Shown here piece by piece: positions 11,741 to 21,663 of a stretch of 64,000 nucleotides of DNA. Position numbers and translations under genes: made by a program. Within the stretch, counting starts at the first letter, position 1. Every line of letters starts with the position of its first letter. The DNA lies in NCBI GenBank assembly GCA_043228905.1, contig JBHGNT010000016.1:11160001-11224000 (forward strand), read 5' to 3'. The notes beneath the pieces are model-generated. The model was not told the origin of the DNA, did not search any database, and worked only from the letters and a program-made list of their open reading frames with translations. The DNA is from Azolla caroliniana. Lineage: Eukaryota > Plantae > Polypodiophyta.

Positions 11741-12801
11741 GGTAAATCCTCCACCCCAACACACAGGTTCTTTAATCACCCCTCGATCTCTTGTCCTATG
11801 TTTTTGCAATGTTGCAAATGCCAACATTAATTGTTCTACATGTGATGTGAACTCATCATATTGTTGTTTTTGCATAGTCACCTTTTGGAGATCCTCAAGT
11901 ATTCGTTGATTCTCCAGTTCAAGTACCACAAGTTGGTTTTAAGGCTCTCCAATTAAGAGACAACAGACATAAAATCATGTTGGTTAATAGCACCCATAGC
12001 TATACAAGGCATAGGAAATGGCTAGGGAAAGAGGTCATTCGATTCGAACTGTCAGGAAGAGCGAGAGAGTGATGATGAAAGGGAATAGACTCTAAATAGC
12101 AGTGGATGGAGCACATGAGAGTGTGTGTTAATGGAGTCATTCCCCCGGAGAAGTGTCTTCGACACTATCATTCATGGTGAGACCCATCAATTTCCTTCGA
12201 AGCTCTTCCGAAAGCACTACTCCCGGACCGATCGTTTTGTCCAATGTTAGCATCGACAAGTTGTTGGTGACGGTTGTATAAAAAACTTCCCAACTCGTCG
12301 AGTGGCTCGAGAGAAGTGCAAATGCCTTGATTTCATATTCGAAATTTAGGCCTTACAAGGAGAGTTTAGTCAACACCCGACTGAGGGTGTTGATATGAGA
12401 GGTTGTCGGCTTGGTTTCCCTCATCTTCATGTTAAACGATTACCGAATCAAGATTATTTTTTACGAGCTCAACTTCTTGTACACGGATTGTAACTTCTCC
12501 CACAGGGCGAATGTTGTCTTCTTTTTAGCCATGCTGAAGTAGACATTTTTGGCCACGTTGTTGCGAAAATACGACGAGGATACGTGAACCTGAGGTAGGA
12601 CCCTGGGGCCTCCGACCGGAAGATATCAAATTCGCATGATTATATTAAACAATTAATACAAAATGAGAAAGATTCACAAATTTCATTAATAAAGGGAAAG
12701 AAAGATTACAATCAATCTCAAGATTGAGATTACAAAAAGTTTAGTTAATTTAGATTCCTAGAGTAATAGATAAGAGGAAATTAAGATATGAATTCTATAG
12801 A

Positions 12802-13110
12802 AAATTAGGGTTTTTGGCTTTGATAAGAGATTATGGTTTTATGAGTTGAATAGCTTCCGTATGGAAATTTAGGGTTATGAGTAAGATATGGCTTCCGTAA
12901 GGAAATTAGGGTTTACTTGAGAGATATGGCTTCCGTAAGGAAAATAAAGGTTTATGAGTGATATGGCTTCCGTAAGGAAAATTATGGTTTATGAGTTGAA
13001 TAGCTTCCGTATGGAAAATTTAGGGTTATGAGTAAGTTAGGCTTCCGTAAGAAAATTTAGGGTTTATGGCTTCCGTAAGGAAATTTAGGGTTTTTGAGTG
13101 TTATGGCTTC
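12802..13110. repeat. About 37-bp tandem repeat containing TTAGGGTTT (telo-box) and GGCTTCCGTAAGGAAA
   Basis: About 8 imperfect units are visible. Confidence 0.85.
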
Positions 13111-13447
13111 GATAAGATAAGGAGGGAGCTAAGAAGGAAAAGAAAATAATGGAGAGAGAATGTAAAAAAAAGATGGAATGTTATATGGAGTTCCCAGTTG
13201 ATCATATGCATGTCTACTTTTTGTTGCATGGCCTCTACTTTTAGTTGCTTAGCTTTTTCTTTTAGTTGCATCTATTTTTAGTTGCATGGCCTTTTCTTTT
13301 AGTTGCATGCGACCGTCCACATGACCTTTACTTTAGTTTTCTTCACTTCACTTTAAGTAGCCACATGATCCTATCATCTATTCGTCTCAATCGTCGCCAG
13401 TTGTCGGATCCGCCCGGTTTCCGACACCATCCAATTGCCGATTTTGT

Positions 13448-13722
13448 CGGTTCCGATCTGCTTACCGGCCGGTTCCGGATTGCTTACCGACTAGTTCCGG
13501 TTTGCTTACCGGCCAGTTCCCGTTTGCTTTTCGGCCGGTTCCCAGTTTTGCTTACCGGTCGATTCCCGGTTTTGCGTACCAGCTCGGTTTCCGGTTTTGC
13601 GTACCAGCTCGGTTTCCGGTTTTGCTTACCGGCCCAGTTTTTGGTTTTGCTTACTTACCGGCCGGTTCCCGGTTTTGCTTACCGGCGGGTTCCGATTTTG
13701 CTTACCGACCGATTTCCAGTTT
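13448..13722. repeat. About 21-bp tandem repeat (GCTTACCGGCCGGTTCCGGTTTT-like)
   Basis: About 12 imperfect units are visible. Confidence 0.85.
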
Positions 13723-14589
13723 TTGGGAACTTGGCCACCATCATCCATCAAGACAAAGTGGCCAAAGTGCTCCTAGCACAAATGAAAAGGAGGGTCTCAA
13801 GGTGCTTATATAGCCAGGGCCTTAAGTTTCCTATCTATGTGGGAAAAATAATAGTTCTATTTTCCCTATCTTGTCAAACATCCATCTTCCTATAACATGC
13901 CATTAAGTTAATATAAAGTACTTATTTTATTATTTATTTATTTACATAGTGTGAGAAGATTCACATGACAACGTGCATTTAGATGGTCTACCTTGCTATT
14001 TCGTCTAGTGATCGACATTCATCTATTGTCATTGATGCTAGTTTGTTGTTGTGCCAAATCGCCTCTATTTGGCGTATGATGATCAACATCTCCTGCATCA
14101 TGTCCTGCATCATGTCCTTCCAAAGGGAAAATTTTCTTTTGTCGAACTTTCTTATTTCACAGCCTATGTTGGATGTTGAAGCCATAGCTCTTTTTCGAGG
14201 TATTGATTTTGGCCTAATCCTTTCCTTCAAATTTCTTCTTCTACTTGTGTTGATGATGCTTGGTTCCAAGATTTCTCTAATACCATTTGATGGCAACTGT
14301 ATGGTGCCTTGGTCAATTAGTGTGGAATATGTATAAGGATATTGTTAGTAAGAGCAAGAAAGCATGAATTAAGTAATGAATTATGGTGTACTAGTCAATC
14401 AACAAGCAAGATACACAAAGAGATATAGTAGACAGTTACTCAATGGACAAAGAGAGGAAAAGACAGTAACATTCAAATCCCACCAAACGTGATTACAAGA
14501 CTTAGTTCCCTCTTATTTATACTTAGGGTAACTAAGCCCTAACTCCAAGTGGACTGTTCACACTAGAGACTAATGGGTGGAGTAGGGCT

Positions 14590-15555
14590 TTTAGTCCAAT
14601 ATGGTGTGTTGTGGTAACCTACTTACCATATTGGCAATGTTTGCAGAACTGATGGTCCAAGAAAGAGAGTTTGGGAATATATCCAGCTTTGGATAACTAC
14701 GTGATGTAGGATTTGCTCAAATGGCCAAATCTTTTGTGCCATAAAGATGACACTCGGATATCCACCAGGAATAAGTCGCCCTCTTTGAGTGTGACATACA
14801 ATGGGTACAATGAGTGTACTTTCGGGCCACAAGCAAGTAGGAGGTTCCCTATGTGGAGTGTCCACCCTCCCAAGAGAAGCCTGCATGAATACCTGCAACG
14901 TCAAGTTGTCCCACTAAAATCATCAGTTGTGCAAGCTCTAGAATGTATCATACATTGTGAAGAACTAAGGTTAAACCACTTGGAAGGTTGAGTTCTACCA
15001 TGACAATGCCAATAACCACACAGTGCTGAGAGTTTCCAACACGAACCGAGTTGAAGTTGCGAGTCGTATATTGTCGAAATTGTGACCGATGTGGAGTCAC
15101 GTGGTAAAAGGCACCCAAGTCAAGAAGCCATCTCGTAGCTTCTTCGGTCATGGGCAAAACTTCTAACTTGGTCATGTTCTCCACTATGAGGATGTTTGAA
15201 TCCTTCGAAGTGACTTCGACCATGGAGTTTGCAAAATTTATGACCGTGGAAGTTGTGTCATAGAAGTTCACTTCTTCAATACCGTGCATGTTTCCTCAAA
15301 TTTTTGAGCCTTTTTCTTTTTCACCTTAACGGCACAACATTTGGCTTTGATATGTCCGGATTTCTTGCAATAGCTACACATCCATGTATCACTGGACTCA
15401 CTATGGTTCCTCATATTATTCATCACTTGTGAGGAACTTCTTTCGCGATTGTTTGTTTGATCACATGTATGCTATTCTGCTGAGTATTGCACGAATGTCT
15501 TCCGCCAAGCGTCTTCAGACTAGATAGAGCTCATAACCTCAAAGTACTTTACGAT
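14590..15555 (-). pseudogene. Copia-B relic (gag C-terminus, protease, pre-integrase), related to Copia-H
   Basis: WLLDLGAFYHVTPHRSQF..VRVGNSQHC closely parallels Copia-H. Confidence 0.8.
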
Positions 15556-16038
15556 TGTTGGTAGAAAAGGTCGACTCCTTCCGTTTTGTATCCTAAGTGT
15601 GAACACGTCCTCAAGTTAGGGCTTGATTATATATGTAAGCCCAAATGTAATAGTGTAGAGAGAGAGTTACAGAAGAGAAATACAATCTTCCATAAGAGCT
15701 TCAACAGTTCATCTTGTTTCTTACTTTCCTTCATATAGTGCACATTCTACTTCTGTGTCTTGTACTTATTTTTTGCTTGACACTACCTTGTAGGTCCTCA
15801 CATATTCTTCCGCATATCATCTTCAACATTTGGTATCAGAGCGACCTCGATGTCTAGTGGCAACGAACAGCAGAAAGCAGAAAAAGAAGTAAGAATTGGG
15901 TGAAAGAAAAGACCAAGCCAGCAAAACCTCACTTTTAGAAGATGGCTTCAACATCCGGCACAAACATGGAAACCTGGAAGTTTGACAAAAAGAACTTTGC
16001 CCTATGGAAGGAGATGATGCAGGATTTATTGATCATCT

Positions 16039-16794
16039 TGTTGGGATATCGGTCCCTCCGGATGGGATGTCCGGAGATGAATGACGGCAAGCCCGGTTGC
16101 GATTACGGAACCGGATGATGAAGAGTACCCGGCATGAAGCCGGATGAAGAGTACCCGGTTGCGATTACGGAACCGGATGATGAAGAGTACCCGGCATGAA
16201 GCCGGATGAAGAGTACCCGGATACGGATCCGGATGATGAAGAGTACCCGGCATGAAGCCGGATGGAGAGTACCCGGATACGGATCCGGATGATGAAGACC
16301 CCGGCTACGGAGCCGGATGATGAATGTACCCGGAAAGAGATCCGGATGCGGGGACATATTTATAAATATGTTTGCCAAGAGCCCTTGAGGCTATATGTGT
16401 AAATAGTCCGAAAGTCATATGTGTATAAATATGACTTAGGGCAAACAGTTTTATGTTGTTGCTCATTTTCTGTTTTCCACGAAGAGGGAGCGAAGTGAGA
16501 GCAGCCGAGAGAGAGTGTGAGAGACGAAGAGGTCGTTGCCTCAGTGTATTACCGCCGCCTGTGGCGAAGACAGTGAGCTTAAGGTTGTTGCCTTGAAGCT
16601 TCACCATTGTACATCTCTGTTCATAGTGATAGTTGGAGTTTGAGGACTCCCGTGGTTTTTCCCATTTAGGGTTTTCCACGTTAATCCCTGTGTATCGAGT
16701 CTTTCTCTGTATTTCCTATTTTCTGCTGTATTGATCCGCGATTAATCGGTTGTGGCCGAGTGGTGAAGGCGAATCGGAGCATCGATTCCTTACA
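16039..16794 (+). repeat. Copia-N 5' LTR
   Basis: TG..CA ends, U3 tandem array, TATAAATA at about 16424. Confidence 0.97.
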
Positions 16795-16796
16795 AG

Positions 16797-16808
16797 TGGT
16801 ATCAGAGC
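16797..16808 (+). promoter_or_regulatory. PBS, tRNA-iMet
   Basis: TGGTATCAGAGC. Confidence 0.95.
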
Positions 16809-16823
16809 ACGGTTACACAGAAA

Positions 16824-19800
16824 ATGGAAGGCGGCGGTAGTGGGCCTCCGGGCATGATGGTGTTGAACTCACTGAACTACGCCGACTGGAAGATCAAGAT
16901 GGAGGATCTTCTGATTGTTCGGGACCTGTACGAACCGATTGACAGGTCGGAAATACCGAAGGGGGTACTTGAGACGGAATGGAGGCTTCTGAACCGGAAA
17001 GCCGTAGCGACGATCCGGCAATATGTCGATGTAAGCGTCCTACAACATGTGGCGAACGACACCAACGCATACGAGATGTGGAAGAAGCTGTCAGGCCTCT
17101 ACGAGAGGAAGAATGCGTTGAACCGGACCTCCCTGATGAGGAAGATAGTGAACCTCAAGTACCGGGACGGCGAGAGTATGGTGGAACACGTAAGCACGTT
17201 CATGGGATTCGTGAACCAGCTTGCGGCGATCAAGTTCCCGTTGGAGGATGCAATGCAAGCCATCATCTTGATGTGTACATTGCCGGAAAGCTGGGAGAAC
17301 TTGGTGGTGACTCTCAGCACCTCCTGCACCGAAGATAACTTGTCTCTACAAACGGTAAAGACAAGTATTCTAAATGAAGAAGCGCGTCGGAGAGATAAGG
17401 AACCGGCCTCCGACTCAAAGGCGCTGCTTACCGAATCGGAACGGGGAAGACAATGGAACCGGAGTCCGCAAAGACGGGAGAAGTCGGGGACCCGGTCGCA
17501 GTCAAGAGGAAGACCCACATGCTTCCACTGTGGGAAGCCGGGGCACTTCCGGAAGAATTGTCGGCATTACCGAAAAGACAACGGAGCCGACGACACCGAT
17601 TCGAAGAAGTCACCGGAGCGAAACGGTGCATACCGGGGAGCCACGGACCGGAGAGGTTCGGATCGGCGAGGGCAGGACCGGAAAGGAACGACGGCACTCG
17701 CGGCAAGTGAAGAGGAGATCATGCTCATTACCGAAGAGAGGGAGCTGAACCTTGCCGGAGAAGAGATGACCTGGGTGGTCGATTCCGGAGCGTCGTTCCA
17801 CCTGACCCCGGAGAAGAAATACTTTTCATCCTACACAGCCGGTGAGCATGGCTGTGTCCGGATGGGAAATGAAGGTACGTGCCGGATTGCCGGCATAGGA
17901 GACGTGTGGCTGATGACATCAACCGGATGCAAAATGCTGCTGAAGGATGTCCGACACGTTCCGGAGGTTCGATTGAACCTGATTTCGGCCGGGAGGCTAG
18001 ATGATGAAGGCTACACGGGTAGCATCCGGAACGGCGTAATGAAGTTCAGCAAAGGCAGCCTGATAGTGGCTCGGGCCCGGAAAGTCAACACGTTGTACCT
18101 GATGAATGCCCGGTTATGTCCGGAAGAGTTGAACGTGGCAGCCGACACTGCCGGTGAGCTGTGGCACAAGAGACTGTGCCACATGAGTGAGAAGGGGATG
18201 AAGAGGCTTGCAGAAGACAACCTTATCCCAGTGAAGCATGTGCATCTGGAGAAGTGCACCGATTGTCTGGCCGGTAAGCAAAACCGGACCTCCTTCCACT
18301 CAAGGCCACCGACGAGACGTAGCGCACCATTGGAGTTGGTGCACACGGATGTGTGTCAGGTAGAAACGAAGTCACATGGCGGAGCCCAGTACTTCGTGAC
18401 TTTCATTGATGATCACAGCAGGAAGCTGTGGACGGCGCCGTTGAAGACAAAGGACCAAGTGTTGGGCGTCTTCAAAGAACTCCACGCGAGAGTGGAAAGG
18501 GAATCCGGCAAGAAGCTGAAAGCGATACGAGCGGATAACGGAGGGGAATACCGGGGGCAGTTCCAGGAGTACTGTCGCTCGAAGGGAATCCGACTCGAGT
18601 TTACTGTGCCGAAGACGCCGGAACTGAACGGGCTGGCCGAGAGGATGAACCGGACCATAATGGAGAGGGTCCGGAGTATGCTGGCGCATGCGAAACTACC
18701 CAAGGGGTTTTGGGCTGAGGCAATGTCGACGGCGACATATGTGATAAACCGATCACCCTTAGTACCTTTGGACGGAGACACGCCGCAGAAAGCGTGGACC
18801 GGTAAGGAAGTGTCCTACCGGCATCTGAAGGTGTTCGGGTGTCTCGCATATGTGCATGTGGCAAAGGACCGGAGAGGAAAGCTAGATCCAAAGACCCGGC
18901 CATGCATATTCCTCGGTTACGGCGACGACGAGTTCGGCTACCGAGTATGGGACCCGGTCGACAAGAAGATATTCAGGAGTCGAGATATCATCTTCATGGA
19001 GGACAAGACGCTCGCCGACTGGGAGTCGGAGAAGAAGATGAAGAGCTCCAAGTCGACCGGTGAGGATAAACTCTACGAGGAGCAGTCCCGACCGGCAAGG
19101 GACCGGTTAACACTCGAAGACCCGGCCGAAGACGGTGAAGAAACAGAACCGGCCGAAGAAGATGAAAATGATACCGGAACCGGTCCCGATCCCGAAATGG
19201 ATTCGGATGAAGAAGAATCGGAAGAACCGGTTACCGAAGCTCCGGAACGGAGATACCCTCTAAGAGAGAGAAGGGCCCCCCGGAGATTTCCGGAACCAGA
19301 GCACGTGCTGCTAACCGACGAGGGGGAGCCGGAGAGCTTTGAAGAAGCGAAGCATGACACCCATAGCCGCAGGTGGTTAAGTGCCATGCAGGAGGAGATG
19401 GATTCCCTGCATGAGAACCACACATATGAACTTGTGGAGTTGCCGAAAGGAAAGCGGGCACTTCGAAACAAGTGGGTGTTCAAGCTGAAACCGGGAGATG
19501 CCGGAAACCCCCCGAGATACAAAGCCAGGATCGTGGTGAAGGGGTTTCAGCAGAAGAAGGGCGTCGACTTCGACGAGATATTTGCCCCGGTAGTGAAGAT
19601 GACCTCCATCCGGACGGTGCTGAGCATAGCGGCAAGCATGGACCTCGAGGTAGAACAGATGGACGTGAAGACGGCATTCCTTCACGGTGACCTCGAAGAA
19701 GAGATATACATGCAGCAACCGGAAGGATTCGAGAAGAAAGGGAAGGAGCACCTGGTATGCCGGTTGAAGAAGAGCCTCTACGGTCTGAAGCAGGCTCCCC

Positions 19801-20897
19801 GGCAGTGGTACCGAAAGTTTGACTCCTTCATGACCAATGAAGGGTACCACAAAACGCAGTCCGACCACTGCGTGTTTGTGAAGAAGTTCGACGGAGGAGA
19901 CTCTCTTATACTCCTCCTATACGTGGACGACATGTTGATCGTCGGACGGGACCAGGTCAAGATACGGATGCTGAAGAAGGCTCTACATCGAACCTTCTCA
20001 ATGAAGGACCTGGGTCCGGCGAGGCAAATACTAGGGATGCACGTCATCCGGGACCGGAAGAAGAAGCAGTTGTGGCTGTCACAGGAGAAGTACGTGACAA
20101 AGGTGCTTCACCGGTTCAACATGTCGGAAGCAAGACCGGTCGGAACGACCCTCCCGGCAAACTGCAAGCTGTCCAGCAAGCAAAGTCCCAAGACAAAGGC
20201 TGAAAAGGAGGATATGATGAAAATGCCGTATGCCTCAGCCGTCGGGAGCTTGATGTACGCCATGGTGTGTACGAGACCGGACATAGGATATGCAGTCGGA
20301 GTGGTGAGCCGGTACATGAGCAATCCCGGCAAAGAGCATTGGAACGCGGTCAAGTGGATACTCCGATACCTGAAGGGCACGGCGAACGTGTGCCTCCGAT
20401 TCGGCTCCGGTAAGCCCGAACTCGACGGCTTCACCGATTCGGATATGTCGGCTGATGCAGATACCAGCCGGTCCACATCAGGGTATGTGATGACGTATGC
20501 AGGGGGAGCCGTTTCGTGGCAGTCAAGGCTGCAGAAGACGGTTGCGTTGTCAACCACGGAGGCGGAGTACATGGCGGCTGTTGAAGCCGGCAAGGAAATA
20601 ATATGGATGAAGGACTTCATTAGAGAGCTCGGTATCCGGCAGGAGGAGTACCGACTCTACTGCGACAGTCAGAGTGCCATCCACCTTGCGAAGAACGCGG
20701 CCTACCATTCCCGGACGAAACACATCCAGCGTAGATACCACTGGATCCGGGAAAGGATAGAAGATAAGGAGTTCGTGCTGACGAAGATCCACACGGACGA
20801 GAACGGGTCAGATATGCTGACCAAAGTACTCACACCCGACAAGCTGGAAGCATGCCGGAGGAGGATCGGATTGGAGAGACATCCCATGCCGAAGTGA
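16824..20897 (+). CDS. Gag-Pol polyprotein, 1357 aa (Gag, zinc knuckle, PR, INT, RT, RNase H)
   Basis: CFHCGKPGHFRKNC, VVDSGASFH, HHCC plus DDE integrase, DVKTAFLHG, SLYGLKQAPRQW, YVDDML, TDSD, STTEAEY. Confidence 0.98.
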   Translation: MEGGGSGPPGMMVLNSLNYADWKIKMEDLLIVRDLYEPIDRSEIPKGVLETEWRLLNRKAVATIRQYVDVSVLQHVANDTNAYEMWKKLSGLYERKNALNRTSLMRKIVNLKYRDGESMVEHVSTFMGFVNQLAAIKFPLEDAMQAIILMCTLPESWENLVVTLSTSCTEDNLSLQTVKTSILNEEARRRDKEPASDSKALLTESERGRQWNRSPQRREKSGTRSQSRGRPTCFHCGKPGHFRKNCRHYRKDNGADDTDSKKSPERNGAYRGATDRRGSDRRGQDRKGTTALAASEEEIMLITEERELNLAGEEMTWVVDSGASFHLTPEKKYFSSYTAGEHGCVRMGNEGTCRIAGIGDVWLMTSTGCKMLLKDVRHVPEVRLNLISAGRLDDEGYTGSIRNGVMKFSKGSLIVARARKVNTLYLMNARLCPEELNVAADTAGELWHKRLCHMSEKGMKRLAEDNLIPVKHVHLEKCTDCLAGKQNRTSFHSRPPTRRSAPLELVHTDVCQVETKSHGGAQYFVTFIDDHSRKLWTAPLKTKDQVLGVFKELHARVERESGKKLKAIRADNGGEYRGQFQEYCRSKGIRLEFTVPKTPELNGLAERMNRTIMERVRSMLAHAKLPKGFWAEAMSTATYVINRSPLVPLDGDTPQKAWTGKEVSYRHLKVFGCLAYVHVAKDRRGKLDPKTRPCIFLGYGDDEFGYRVWDPVDKKIFRSRDIIFMEDKTLADWESEKKMKSSKSTGEDKLYEEQSRPARDRLTLEDPAEDGEETEPAEEDENDTGTGPDPEMDSDEEESEEPVTEAPERRYPLRERRAPRRFPEPEHVLLTDEGEPESFEEAKHDTHSRRWLSAMQEEMDSLHENHTYELVELPKGKRALRNKWVFKLKPGDAGNPPRYKARIVVKGFQQKKGVDFDEIFAPVVKMTSIRTVLSIAASMDLEVEQMDVKTAFLHGDLEEEIYMQQPEGFEKKGKEHLVCRLKKSLYGLKQAPRQWYRKFDSFMTNEGYHKTQSDHCVFVKKFDGGDSLILLLYVDDMLIVGRDQVKIRMLKKALHRTFSMKDLGPARQILGMHVIRDRKKKQLWLSQEKYVTKVLHRFNMSEARPVGTTLPANCKLSSKQSPKTKAEKEDMMKMPYASAVGSLMYAMVCTRPDIGYAVGVVSRYMSNPGKEHWNAVKWILRYLKGTANVCLRFGSGKPELDGFTDSDMSADADTSRSTSGYVMTYAGGAVSWQSRLQKTVALSTTEAEYMAAVEAGKEIIWMKDFIRELGIRQEEYRLYCDSQSAIHLAKNAAYHSRTKHIQRRYHWIRERIEDKEFVLTKIHTDENGSDMLTKVLTPDKLEACRRRIGLERHPMPK

Positions 20898-20905
20898 AGG
20901 GGGAG
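20896..20905 (+). promoter_or_regulatory. Polypurine tract
   Basis: GAAGGGGGAG, 2 nt before the 3' LTR. Confidence 0.93.
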
Positions 20906-20907
20906 TT

Positions 20908-21663
20908 TGTTGGGATATCGGTCCCTCCGGATGGGATGTCCGGAGATGAATGACGGCAAGCCCGGTTGCGATTACGGAACCGGATGATGAAGAGTACCCG
21001 GCATGAAGCCGGATGAAGAGTACCCGGTTGCGATTACGGAACCGGATGATGAAGAGTACCCGGCATGAAGCCGGATGAAGAGTACCCGGATACGGATCCG
21101 GATGATGAAGAGTACCCGGCATGAAGCCGGATGGAGAGTACCCGGATACGGATCCGGATGATGAAGACCCCGGCTACGGAGCCGGATGATGAATGTACCC
21201 GGAAAGAGATCCGGATGCGGGGACATATTTATAAATATGTTTGCCAAGAGCCCTTGAGGCTATATGTGTAAATAGTCCGAAAGTCATATGTGTATAAATA
21301 TGACTTAGGGCAAACAGTTTTATGTTGTTGCTCATTTTCTGTTTTCCACGAAGAGGGAGCGAAGTGAGAGCAGCTGAGAGAGAGTGTGAGAGACGAAGAG
21401 GTCGTTGCCTCAGTGTATTACCGCCGCCTGTGGCGAAGACAGTGAGCTTAAGGTTGTTGCCTTGAAGCTTCACCATTGTACATCTCTGTTCATAGTGATA
21501 GTTGGAGTTTGAGGACTCCCGTGGTTTTTCCCATTTAGGGTTTTCCACGTTAATCCCTGTGTATCGAGTCTTTCTCTGTATTTCCTATTTTCTGCTGTAT
21601 TGATCCGCGATTAATCGGTTGTGGCCGAGTGGTGAAGGCGAATCGGAGCATCGATTCCTTACA
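20908..21663 (+). repeat. Copia-N 3' LTR
   Basis: One visible difference from the 5' LTR (16506 C / 21375 T). Confidence 0.97.

Larger units (their letters stand above)
12559..13970. mobile_element. Solo LTR, probably gypsy, with 4-bp TSD ACGT
   Basis: TGT...ACA ends; ACGT at 12555-58 and 13971-74. The host gag is rejoined on removal, and the layout resembles the Gypsy-1 LTR. Confidence 0.85.
12040..14185 (-). pseudogene. Copia-L gag relic (same family as Copia-C), split by a solo LTR
   Basis: MASTSNIGCEIRKFDKRKFSLWKDMMQ...FNMKMRETKPTTSHINTLSRVL. Degenerate Met PBS at 14275-14285; probable LTR from 14288. Confidence 0.75.
16039..21663 (+). mobile_element. Copia-N: intact full-length Tnt1/Tork-like copia
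   Basis: TSD CATCT (16034-38 / 21664-68), two 756-bp LTRs, PBS, PPT and an uninterrupted ORF. Confidence 0.98.

Noticed and set aside
11468-11929. Minus-strand 153-aa ORF with a short coiled-coil-like start
   Set aside because: It crosses a junction of relics, and two thirds of it is antisense to gag; its origin cannot be resolved.
12802-13110. Interstitial telomere
   Set aside because: TTTAGGG occurs singly within longer units, not in tandem.
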